56,047 nucleotides of DNA, from positions 1-56,047 of the forward strand of contig JAGGYI010000138.1 of NCBI GenBank assembly GCA_021162655.1, read 5' to 3'. Below, piece by piece: positions 36,903-45,370 of this stretch. The translations under genes and the position numbers were made by a program. This DNA is from Anaerolineae bacterium. Its GTDB lineage: Bacteria > Chloroflexota > Anaerolineae > UBA1429. Below the pieces are notes generated by a model. That model was not told the DNA's origin, did no database searches, and saw only the letters and a program-made list of their open reading frames with translations. How positions within the stretch are numbered: the stretch's first letter is position 1; each line of letters starts with the position of its first letter.

Positions 36903-38372
36903 CTATTTCTCATTGCGGCGAAGCTGGAGCACCAAATCCCCCTGATGATCGAGAACTGAAACCTCCAGGTCCATCTCCCCTGGCAGGGCATGCGTCGCAC
37001 AGGCAAAACAGGGGTCATAAGCTCGGAAGGCCATTTCTATGCGGTCAAGCAACCCCTTGGTAATCACCTTCCCTCCGCTGATCAACTCCTGCGCCGCTCG
37101 CTTGATCGACATACAGATGGCCCCATGGTTGTTCGTCGTCCCCACAATGAGGTTCACCTTTTTGAGAATACCCTTCTCGTCGGTGATATAGTGATGCGTC
37201 AACGTGCCACGGGGAGCCTCCACCGTGGCCACTCCCTCACTAGGAGTCTCAGTGGGAATAGTGCGAATATTGGGATCGGTGATCTCTGGATCCTTGGCCA
37301 GCTCCAGCACCCGCTCACCAGCGTAGAGTATCTCGATAAGGCGCGCCCAATGGGTGGCTAGCGTCGCATGTACGGGCTTGCCCCCCATATAGTCGTAAAA
37401 CTCTTCATAAGCTTCTTGTGCAAGGGGAGTCGCCATGCCATCAGCCACGTTCAAGCGCCCCAAGGGCGTAGCACGATAGATCCCGCTATCCATGCCATCC
37501 ACCAAGCCCTTCCAGCCAAACTTTTTCAGATAGGGGAATTTGAGATAGGTCCAGGGCTCCACATGCTCAGCGATGTGCTTGGTGTACTCCTCAGGACGAT
37601 ACTTGGCCACTTCATTGCCCTCTACATCGACCACCCGAATGAGCCCATCGTAAAAGTTCACCCGGTTCTTCTCATCTACTAGCCCCATGTTGTGGGTATA
37701 GTGGAGATAGGCCTTGCTAAAGACCATATCCCGGAATTCATCACTCCCCAGGACGGCCTCTCGCCAAAGCTCGAGGGAAAACGTGCCAAACTCCACAAAG
37801 TGCTCTCCTAACTCGATAAGGCGTTGCTGCATCTCGGGGGTAACCCCCTTGGCTACCCCTCCTGGCAAGGCCATAACCGGATGGACGAACCGGCCTCCCA
37901 ACATGGCGACGAGTTCATGGGTCTCCTGGAGGTGCTGAATAATTCGCTTGCCAATCTTGAGGCCCACCTTGCTCACCAGCCCCAGGATGTTTCGCTGCGC
38001 CGGATCTGCATCGGGGCCAACGAAAAAGTCTGGCCCAGAGAGGACGAAAAAGTGGGTCGCATGATCGCCAGAGACGAACGCATTGTAAGCCAACTCGCGA
38101 ATCTTGACCGCCGCCGGAGGAGGCTGGACTTTAAAGACGGCATCCCCTGCCTTGGCTGCCGCCATATGGTGTGCCATAGGGCAGACGCCACAGATGCGCT
38201 GGGTAATCCGAGGCATCTCCTCTACTGGACGTCCCTCACAAAAGGCCTCAAAGCCTCGAAACTCGGGAACCTGAAAGTAAGCATTGGCAACATCCCCTTT
38301 TTCATCCAAAAAGATGGTGATCTTGCCATGCCCTTCCAAACGCGTGATGGGATCTATAACGATACGCCTCAC
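36903..38372 (-). CDS. mvhA: [NiFe] hydrogenase large subunit, group 3c (MvhA-like)
   Basis: N-terminal MRRIVIDPITRLEGHGKI.. L1 motif RICGVCPMAH. C-terminal DPCFACATH followed by a 28-aa tail (maturation-protease type). The GTG start forms a GTGA overlap with the small-subunit stop. Confidence 0.92.
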   Translation of the reverse strand: MRRIVIDPITRLEGHGKITIFLDEKGDVANAYFQVPEFRGFEAFCEGRPVEEMPRITQRICGVCPMAHHMAAAKAGDAVFKVQPPPAAVKIRELAYNAFVSGDHATHFFVLSGPDFFVGPDADPAQRNILGLVSKVGLKIGKRIIQHLQETHELVAMLGGRFVHPVMALPGGVAKGVTPEMQQRLIELGEHFVEFGTFSLELWREAVLGSDEFRDMVFSKAYLHYTHNMGLVDEKNRVNFYDGLIRVVDVEGNEVAKYRPEEYTKHIAEHVEPWTYLKFPYLKKFGWKGLVDGMDSGIYRATPLGRLNVADGMATPLAQEAYEEFYDYMGGKPVHATLATHWARLIEILYAGERVLELAKDPEITDPNIRTIPTETPSEGVATVEAPRGTLTHHYITDEKGILKKVNLIVGTTNNHGAICMSIKRAAQELISGGKVITKGLLDRIEMAFRAYDPCFACATHALPGEMDLEVSVLDHQGDLVLQLRRNEK

Positions 38373-39394
38373 TGCTCAACCTCCTCCTCACTCCCGTCCG
38401 CCTGAGACGCACAGATTCGGCCCGCCTCTTCAGGGTTCGCCTTGAGCTGCTGGAGAAACGAATCAGCAAAACTAAAGCGATAGAACGTCCCCAATGGATC
38501 CACAATGGTAGAAAGAACCTGGCGGATCTCCGCATCACTCTTGCCCTCAAAGCTGGCAACGATGGCGCCCAGCAAGGCCGCTCCCTGATCCACCACACCA
38601 TCGGGAGGGCCATAACAGCCTCGACAGGGCATGTTCGCCTCGATGCAGAGAGCTCCGCAGCCTGCATGGGTCGCCGGGCCTGCACAGAGGATGCCCTGCT
38701 CCAACAGACACCGATCGGGGTCTGGAACGATCTCATGAGGGCGGAAGAAACGCTCCACTCGAATCTTTCCCTCGCGTTTGCGCGGGCACTGATCGCAGAC
38801 CGTCCTACTATCCACCCCCAAAAGGCCCCCCCTGGACGGGAGTTTATTCTCTATAATGGCCGTCATCACCTTCCACACCTGCTCATAATGCGGAGGGCAA
38901 CCCGGCACTTTGTAATCTACCGGCACAACCTGCGCCAGAGTGCGCACCTGATTGCAGAGACCAGGAAGTATCAGCTCCCCCTCTGGCATCCCAAAGCGAC
39001 GCTGAGGGAGAACCTTCTCTGGGTTCACAGTGGAGGGGTTCTCAAACATGGCGCGGTTGAGGGCATAATCTATCCCCTTGATATTGCTCAAGCTAGGGAT
39101 ACATCCCTCCATCGAGCAAGAGCCAAAAGCTACGAGAACCTTGCTTTTGCGCCGTAGCAGACGGGCGATGTGCTCATCCTCCTCCGTACGAATGGAGCCA
39201 TTGAAAAGGGTCACATCAATAGCCCCGTCCTCCATGGCCTCCACGTCATCGTATTTGAAATCGGTAGCCGCCGGCCAAAAGACAATATCTGCCACCTGGG
39301 CAAGTTCCAAAAGGTGCTCGCCCAACTCGACGATGGCGATGTCACAGCCACCACAGCTCGAGGCCCAATAAACAGCTAAATTGAGTTTACCCAT
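38369..39394 (-). CDS. mvhG: [NiFe] hydrogenase small subunit (MvhG-like)
   Basis: Trimmed to ATG 39394, preceded by GAGGAG. MGKLNLAVYWASSCGGCDIAIVE.. C-terminal Cys-rich cluster region (CDQCP..CLLEQGILCAGPATHAGCGALC..PCRGCYGP). Confidence 0.85.
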   Translation of the reverse strand: MGKLNLAVYWASSCGGCDIAIVELGEHLLELAQVADIVFWPAATDFKYDDVEAMEDGAIDVTLFNGSIRTEEDEHIARLLRRKSKVLVAFGSCSMEGCIPSLSNIKGIDYALNRAMFENPSTVNPEKVLPQRRFGMPEGELILPGLCNQVRTLAQVVPVDYKVPGCPPHYEQVWKVMTAIIENKLPSRGGLLGVDSRTVCDQCPRKREGKIRVERFFRPHEIVPDPDRCLLEQGILCAGPATHAGCGALCIEANMPCRGCYGPPDGVVDQGAALLGAIVASFEGKSDAEIRQVLSTIVDPLGTFYRFSFADSFLQQLKANPEEAGRICASQADGSEEEVEQ

Positions 39395-39426
39395 ATTTCT
39401 CCTCGCCGATGGCAAATGACAGAACT

Positions 39427-40419
39427 CTATGCTACAACGGGCACCGAGGCTTTGATCTCCTCTACCATCTCCCGCACAAGCCTGGGGAAGAGGAAACGAT
39501 CCAGCGAGCCCGACTCGGCAAAGCGTACTCGACTCTTGGCGATGCCCAGTTGTTCCAGCATCTGCTCCAAGAGGGCCACCTTGCTCCGCCCCAAGTAGGT
39601 ACCACGTTGATAGTGGCACTCTCCTTCCTTGCACCCCACCACGAGCACACCATCAGCTCCCTTGGTGAGGGCCATCAAGATCATCGCCGGATCTACCCGA
39701 CCTGAACAAGAGAGGTTGACGATGCGGAGCTGATCGCTCTCGAGCCCCCGGATCTTTTCCCACTCACGATCGGAGTGAATGCTCCATTGACAGACAAAAG
39801 CCAGGATACGGGGTTCCTCTGCTCCTCCTTGAAGGTACCCGGGCTTTTCAAGCCAGCCACCTGCCCCCATCCGCGAGATCAGCTCACGATCGCTGATGGA
39901 TTCGAGGTTCATCGCCCCAGAGGGACAAGCAGCCACACAGATTCCACACTTCATGCAAAGCGTCTTGGTCACCTGAGCTACTGTGCGCTCCTCACCATCT
40001 ACCACCTTGGTCACCCTCTCGATGGCCTCATAAGGGCATGCCCGAGTACAGACGGCACACCCTGAGCAAATCTGCTCATCCACCTCAGGGAAGGGCCCTG
40101 GCGGCTCATACCCCTCGCGGATGGCGATATTGCGGATGGCCTTCATCACCTCAGAGATGTGAATCTGCTTAGGACAGCGAGGGTAGCACAGATCACAAGC
40201 CGAGCATTGCCAGATCTCCTCGCTCGAGAGCACCTCCTCACGTAGACCCAGCCCCGCCTTGTGGAGAATCAACCGGGGATTGAAGGAAGGGTCAAAGCGC
40301 CGCACCAAACAGGTGGCCGCACATGTGCCACAAGACCAACAGGTGATGAGATGCTCTCCGCCGGGCTCAGCCATCACCTCCTGAACAAAGGAGCGATCCA
40401 GCTCGTCCGACCGAATCAT
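39427..40419 (-). CDS. fusion of HdrC-like 4Fe-4S dicluster domain, 2x[4Fe-4S] ferredoxin and MvhD-like domain
   Basis: CWSCGTCAATC..CSACDLCYPRCP (HdrC-like). CSGCAVCTRACP..CMKCGICVAACP (ferredoxin). C-terminal ILAFVCQWSIHSD..LSCSGRVDP..VVGCKEGECHY (MvhD/FlpD-like). ATGA overlap with the hdrA stop. Confidence 0.8.
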   Translation of the reverse strand: MIRSDELDRSFVQEVMAEPGGEHLITCWSCGTCAATCLVRRFDPSFNPRLILHKAGLGLREEVLSSEEIWQCSACDLCYPRCPKQIHISEVMKAIRNIAIREGYEPPGPFPEVDEQICSGCAVCTRACPYEAIERVTKVVDGEERTVAQVTKTLCMKCGICVAACPSGAMNLESISDRELISRMGAGGWLEKPGYLQGGAEEPRILAFVCQWSIHSDREWEKIRGLESDQLRIVNLSCSGRVDPAMILMALTKGADGVLVVGCKEGECHYQRGTYLGRSKVALLEQMLEQLGIAKSRVRFAESGSLDRFLFPRLVREMVEEIKASVPVVA

Positions 40420-42908
40420 GCCATCACCTCCTTCTCTACCTCTTGCTCCTCTTCATCCTTGAGGAAAGGAGCCATATGAGGTGTCATCATCCACCGTCGC
40501 AAGCGTTTTTCAATCGCCGGACGAGCCCTCTCCGTCTCGGCGCGGAGCTCCTCTTTATCAAAGCTGGCCAGTTTCTCGCTCATCTCGGTGATGACTCGGG
40601 CGTACTTTTCACCTTCAGCCGCCGAGATCCACTCCACCCGGAAGCGCTCCGGATTGATGCCTAGCCGTTCCAGCGTGCGTGGCACTCGGCTGAAACGCTT
40701 GGCCGCCACCTGCTGGCCCGTGATATAGTGGCAATCCTGGGGGTGGCACCCAGAGACGAGGACCATCCCTGCTCCTCGGCGGAAAGCCTCGAGGATGAAC
40801 TCCTGGTCCATACGCGCCGAACACATCACCCGAATGCCTCGCGAGTTAGAGGGGTACTCAAAGTGGCTGGTACCCGCGCTATCGGCGCCACCATAGCTGC
40901 ACCAGTGGCACATAAAGACGAGGATCTTTTCTTCGGGATTCTCCCGCAAGAGTTCGCGAATCTGGGCGACGATCTGAGCATCGGTAAAGTGATCCTGGGT
41001 GATGGCATCATGGGGGCATTCGGCCGCACAGCCACCACAGCCATGGCATTTAGCCTGGATAATTTGAGCGGGCTGCCCCGGCTCCACAATGATGGCATTA
41101 TAAGGGCAGGCCTGGGCACAGATGCCGCATTTCTTACCCTGCGCACTGATACAAAGCTCAGGCCAGACCTTGGCAACGATCGGCTCGATCTCCCATGTAT
41201 CGGAAGTGAGAACCCTAGCCGCCCGCGACGCCGCTGCACTTCCCTGGGCCACGCTCGCAGGGATATCCTTGGGCCCCTGAGCAGCACCCGCGAGGAAAAC
41301 GCCATCGCTGGGCGAATCCACCGGACGCAACTTGGGGTGATACTCCATATAGAAGCCGCTGGGGCTACGCGAAAGAGCCAACACCGAAGAAAGGCGCTCC
41401 GTATCAGCCTGGGGGATGGCCGCTGTCGAAAGAGAGACCATCTCCACCTCAAGCTCGATGACCTCACCCAGCTCCTGATCCTCCACCTCGACAAAGAGGT
41501 TATGGGTCTCGGGGTCCTCGGTGATCTGCGAAGGACGCCCACGGATAAAGCGAATCCCTGCCGCTCGGGCACGGTTGTAGAACTCTTCATAGCCCTTCCC
41601 CGGAGTACGGATATCCATATAGAGGATAGTAATATCCATGTCCGGATAGGTCTGATGGAGAAGGAGGGCATTCTTGATGGTATACATGCAGCAAAAGCCC
41701 GAGCAATACTCCATAAAGCGAGAATCGCGAGAGCCCACGCACTGGATCATGGCAATGCTCTTTGGCGTCTTACCATCCGAAGGACGCACAACTCGCCCTA
41801 CCGTAGGCCCAGACGAGTTACTTAGGCGCTCAAGCTCCATGGCTGTGATGACATTCGGATAGACGCCATAACCGTATTCGGGGATCACGGCGGGGTCAAA
41901 AGTCTCAAACCCCGTCGCCACAATAATCGAACCCACATCGAGTTCAACAAACTCGGGCTCCTGCGAGAAGTCGATAGCATCCAGCTTACCGCAGGCCTCA
42001 ACGCACTTGTAGCAACGGATGCAGTGGTCAATATCGATCGCGTAAACCAAGGGAACCGCCTGGTCATGCGGCACATCGATGGCTTTGCGCGGGGCGATAT
42101 CCATTTCAAAACTATTGGGCACCTCAATAGGACACACCCGAGCGCACTCCCCGCAGCCATTGCAGCGGTCTTCGATAACATAGCGAGGCTTTTTCATCAC
42201 CTCGACACGGAAATTGCCGATGTAGCCATCAACCTTGGTAACTTCTGAATAGGCCAGAATTTCAATGTTGGGGTGACGCGCCGCGTCAACCATCTTGGGC
42301 GCGAGAATTCAAATGGAACAGTCCATCGTGGGGAACGTCTTGTTGAGCTGAGCCATCGTTCCCCCAATGGACAGATCCTTCTCCACCAAATAGGTATGGA
42401 TGCCCATATCGGCCAAGTCTAGCGCGGCACTGATGCCCGCCACACCGCCACCAATGACCAACGCTTTCTTGGTCACTGGCACGGTAATCATCTGGAGAGG
42501 CGAGACATAGCGCACCTTGGCCACCGCTGCCGCAACCAAATCTTTGGCCTTTTGCAGAGCCCCTTCCGGATCGTGCGCATGCACCCAGGTATCCTGTTCC
42601 CGGATGTTGGCCATCTCCATCAAGAAGGGATTCAAGCCCGCCTCAGCCACACAGGCTCGGAAGGTGGGCTCGTGCATCCGCACGCTACAAGCCGCCACAA
42701 CAACACGGTTGAGCTTGTGCTCGATAATGTCCCGTTTGATCATATTCTGGCCGGGATCACCACACATATAGAGATAGTCCTTTGCCAGAACCACCCCAGG
42801 CAGGTGTGAGGCGAACTCGGCCACCTCCGCAGGATCGATCACACCACCGATGTTGGAACCGCAACTACAAACGTAAACCCCTATGCGCAGTTCCTCGTTA
42901 TCTGCCAT
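40416..42908 (-). CDS. hdrA: heterodisulfide reductase subunit A-like flavoprotein fused to MvhD domain, with in-frame UGA (putative selenocysteine) at 42309..42311
   Basis: ORF-track entries 42309..42953 and 40416..42293 are in one frame, separated only by TGA plus five sense codons. Joined product: [76 protein letters not shown].. Also present: inserted and C-terminal ferredoxin motifs ([44 protein letters not shown]) and a C-terminal MvhD domain ([36 protein letters not shown]). ATG 42908 has AGGAG upstream. Confidence 0.85.
42272..42291 (-). promoter_or_regulatory. SECIS-like hairpin 18 nt downstream of the UGA
   Basis: mRNA GGU(U)GACG-CGGCG-CGUCACC: a 7-bp stem with one bulged U and a 5-nt G-rich loop, spanning +18 to +37 after the UGA. 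An alternative pairing, CGCGCC(+5..+10)/GGCGCG, also exists. Confidence 0.4.
42309..42311 (-). other. in-frame UGA, candidate selenocysteine codon in hdrA
   Basis: Minus-strand reading: ATG GAC TGT TCC ATT TGA ATT CTC GCG CCC AAG ATG GTT GAC. The TGA occupies the position of the second Cys in the conserved HdrA DCS(M/I)C-ILxPK motif. Confidence 0.7.
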
Positions 42909-42951
42909 ACTGTAGCTCCTGAAGGGATAAAACTCGATACACCACCAAGAC

Positions 42952-42988
42952 AAAAAGGGTAAAGGGGAAGGTAAGCTCCCCCTTTACC
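42952..42988 (-). terminator. terminator-like hairpin between the ferredoxin gene and hdrA
   Basis: On the minus transcript, directly after the TAA at 42989..42991: GGTAAAGGGG, 11-nt loop, CCCCTTTACC, then C-UUUUU-G. Confidence 0.5.
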
Positions 42989-43486
42989 TTAACTCTCTTC
43001 AACAAGTTCCTCAAAGAGACGCTGGACAACCTCACGTCGGATCTGCTGCCGTAGGACCTCGGGGGTCGTTACCGAAAGGGCCTCTGTGGGGCAATACTCG
43101 ACACAACGAGGCCCACCCTCCTCATCCTGGCAGAGATCGCAGATCTCAACAACCTTGGTCGCAGGGTTCAGCACGATCGCGCCGAAATCGCAAGCCTCGA
43201 TGCACCAACCGCAACCATCGCATTTGTCCCCATCCACCAGGATGATGCCATTCTCCTCCGAGCGCGAAAGCGCATCACGCGGGCAAGCGAGCACGCAGGG
43301 CGCATCCGCACAGAGGCGGCAAGTGACAGCCAGCATCGTCACCGGCTCAATGCGCACCACTCGAATGCGCGAAAGCGAGGGGTCGAACGTGCCCGTCTTG
43401 GTCATTGAACAGGTGTATTCACATATCCGGCAGCCAATGCACTTGTCGGGATCGCAAACAACGAATTCATAGCCCTTTTCTGCCAT
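42989..43486 (-). CDS. 4x[4Fe-4S] ferredoxin-like electron-transfer subunit (DmsB/AorA/YdhY-like)
   Basis: CIGCRICEYTC, CRLCADAPCVLACP, CDGCGWCIEAC, CDLCQDEEGGPRCVEYCP. AAGGAGG lies 7 nt upstream of the ATG. Starts 2 nt after the AOR stop. Confidence 0.85.
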   Translation of the reverse strand: MAEKGYEFVVCDPDKCIGCRICEYTCSMTKTGTFDPSLSRIRVVRIEPVTMLAVTCRLCADAPCVLACPRDALSRSEENGIILVDGDKCDGCGWCIEACDFGAIVLNPATKVVEICDLCQDEEGGPRCVEYCPTEALSVTTPEVLRQQIRREVVQRLFEELVEES

Positions 43487-43488
43487 GG

Positions 43489-45366
43489 TCAGGCCTCCTT
43501 GCTCGAGGGGTTCGCCACAGGCTCCGCCTCCACGCCGATCTCCTCAGCGATGTCCTCCAACCCTAGCTCGATCAGCGTAGACTTGGGAATCAAGCCATCC
43601 TTTGTCCAACCACGGGCCAAATAGTACTCCTCAATACCCTGCCGAACTTCATCGGGATTGAGAACAGCCCCCTTTGAAGGCCCCTCAGGGATAGGATCCT
43701 CAAAGAGCCGCGCGGGCAGCCAGTCATCCGCCTTGGTCCAACCCTCGCGGATGTTAAAAGCTTTCTTCAGGTTCACCACACGCGTCCCCACCATACGCAG
43801 CTCCTCCGCCGTCATGGGGATACCTGTGGCCATGGTATAGATGCGGGCAACATCCTCATAAAAATTCTCAAAGCAGTTGCGGATGAACTTGCAGAGCACG
43901 AGGCAATCCAAGATTGCGGCAAAGTCCTCCTTCTGGATGATCAATGGCGCCCGGCCCGGCTCCCAAACAAAGCGATCGACGACGCCCTTGATATCCAGCT
44001 CATAAGAGAGCGCCCGGTTATGGCAAGGTCCACGTGCGCAGACGGCCAAACCTATGGCAAAGGTTTTCAGACTACGCACATCATAGCCAGGCATCTCCAG
44101 CCCCTTGACTTGCATGGCGAAATGGTCGCTTCCCTTGCCGACCTTGGCTGCAGCTCGCTTGGTGCCCTCAGCAAGGAGATCTCCGATTCCCTCGCGATAG
44201 GCTATTTTGCGAATGAGCTCGACGGCTGCCTCATCGTTGCCAAAGTGAGGCTCCAGGCCATCAAAATCCTCTTTTGTCAGAATGCCTCGCTCATAGCATT
44301 CCATGGCCCAGCTGACGATCACGCCGGCGCTCATAGCGTCTATCCCTAGCTCATCGCAAAGCTGCACCAGTTTGATGATCGGAGGCAACTCCCCAATGCC
44401 ACAGTTGGGGCCCAGAGCAAAGAGGGGCTCATAGTCCAGACCAATGATAGCGCCCTTGTACTTGCCCTCTTTTACAGCCACCCACTTTTCGCAGCCGATG
44501 GTACAACCTGCGCACCCCACGTCTTTGATCACATAGTGCTCGCGCATGTACTCGCCGCTGACCAGATCAGCATGCTCAAAGACGGTCTCGCGGAAGTTGC
44601 GGGTGGGGAGGACGCCCATCTTGTTCATATTGAGCACGTTTGCCGGTGTTCCCAACGTACGGTACTTGGCCGTTCCAGGCCCCCGGCTCGCCTTGATCAG
44701 CTTGAGCGTCTCTCGCATCAGCCCCTCTGGGTCAGCTACTGTGATCGGATGGGACCCTCGGATAGCGATCGCCTTGATACGCTTGGACCCCATCACCGCG
44801 CCATTGCCTGTACGGCCCACCTGCCGGCCGTCGTTATCGATCGAAGCTATGCGCACCAAGCGCTCCCCTGCAGGGCCGATGGCACTGACGCGAACATTCT
44901 CATCCCCCAGCTTCTCACGGATTGCGCGCTGAGTCTCCATAGTGGTCATCCCCATATAGGGGCTTGCATCAAAGAATTGAACCTCGTCATCGTCGATAAA
45001 GATGACGACCCAATCGGGAGACTGCCCCTTGATCACAATGCCATCCCACCCCGCCCGGCGGAGCATCTCAGCAAAGTGGCTCCCAGAGAGCGAATCCCCT
45101 ATAAAGCCCGTCAGAGGGGACTTGGAAGCGACGCCATGCTTGGTGCCCACGGGCATGGTTGTGCCGGCAAAGGCGCTGCAGGCAAAGCAAAGCGCATTAT
45201 CCGGCCCCAGAGGGTCGCACCCTTTGGGCGTGTTATCATAGACGAGCCGCGTCGCTAACCCCACACCACCGATGTACTTTTTCAAGAACTCGGGCCCAAC
45301 CTCCTGCACCCAGGTCTTGCGTGTCGTCACATCGATGTGCAGGATCTTCCCAGTGTAGCCATACAT
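43489..45366 (-). CDS. aor: aldehyde:ferredoxin oxidoreductase family (tungsto-/molybdo-pyranopterin enzyme)
   Basis: Trimmed to ATG 45366, preceded by AGGAGG. MYGYTGKILHIDVTTRK..GGVGLATRL.. [4Fe-4S] motif GCAGCTIGCEK. 625 aa, collinear with archaeal/bacterial AOR by eye. Confidence 0.92.
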   Translation of the reverse strand: MYGYTGKILHIDVTTRKTWVQEVGPEFLKKYIGGVGLATRLVYDNTPKGCDPLGPDNALCFACSAFAGTTMPVGTKHGVASKSPLTGFIGDSLSGSHFAEMLRRAGWDGIVIKGQSPDWVVIFIDDDEVQFFDASPYMGMTTMETQRAIREKLGDENVRVSAIGPAGERLVRIASIDNDGRQVGRTGNGAVMGSKRIKAIAIRGSHPITVADPEGLMRETLKLIKASRGPGTAKYRTLGTPANVLNMNKMGVLPTRNFRETVFEHADLVSGEYMREHYVIKDVGCAGCTIGCEKWVAVKEGKYKGAIIGLDYEPLFALGPNCGIGELPPIIKLVQLCDELGIDAMSAGVIVSWAMECYERGILTKEDFDGLEPHFGNDEAAVELIRKIAYREGIGDLLAEGTKRAAAKVGKGSDHFAMQVKGLEMPGYDVRSLKTFAIGLAVCARGPCHNRALSYELDIKGVVDRFVWEPGRAPLIIQKEDFAAILDCLVLCKFIRNCFENFYEDVARIYTMATGIPMTAEELRMVGTRVVNLKKAFNIREGWTKADDWLPARLFEDPIPEGPSKGAVLNPDEVRQGIEEYYLARGWTKDGLIPKSTLIELGLEDIAEEIGVEAEPVANPSSKEA

Positions 45367-45370
45367 ACTC

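Noticed and set aside
42294-42953. Interpreting the two HdrA fragments as a disrupted pseudogene or as two separate genes.
   Set aside because: There is no frameshift, only one TGA. It falls exactly on a conserved Cys position known to be Sec in other HdrA proteins. The downstream fragment would begin in the middle of the FAD domain without an RBS. A SECIS-like hairpin follows the TGA.
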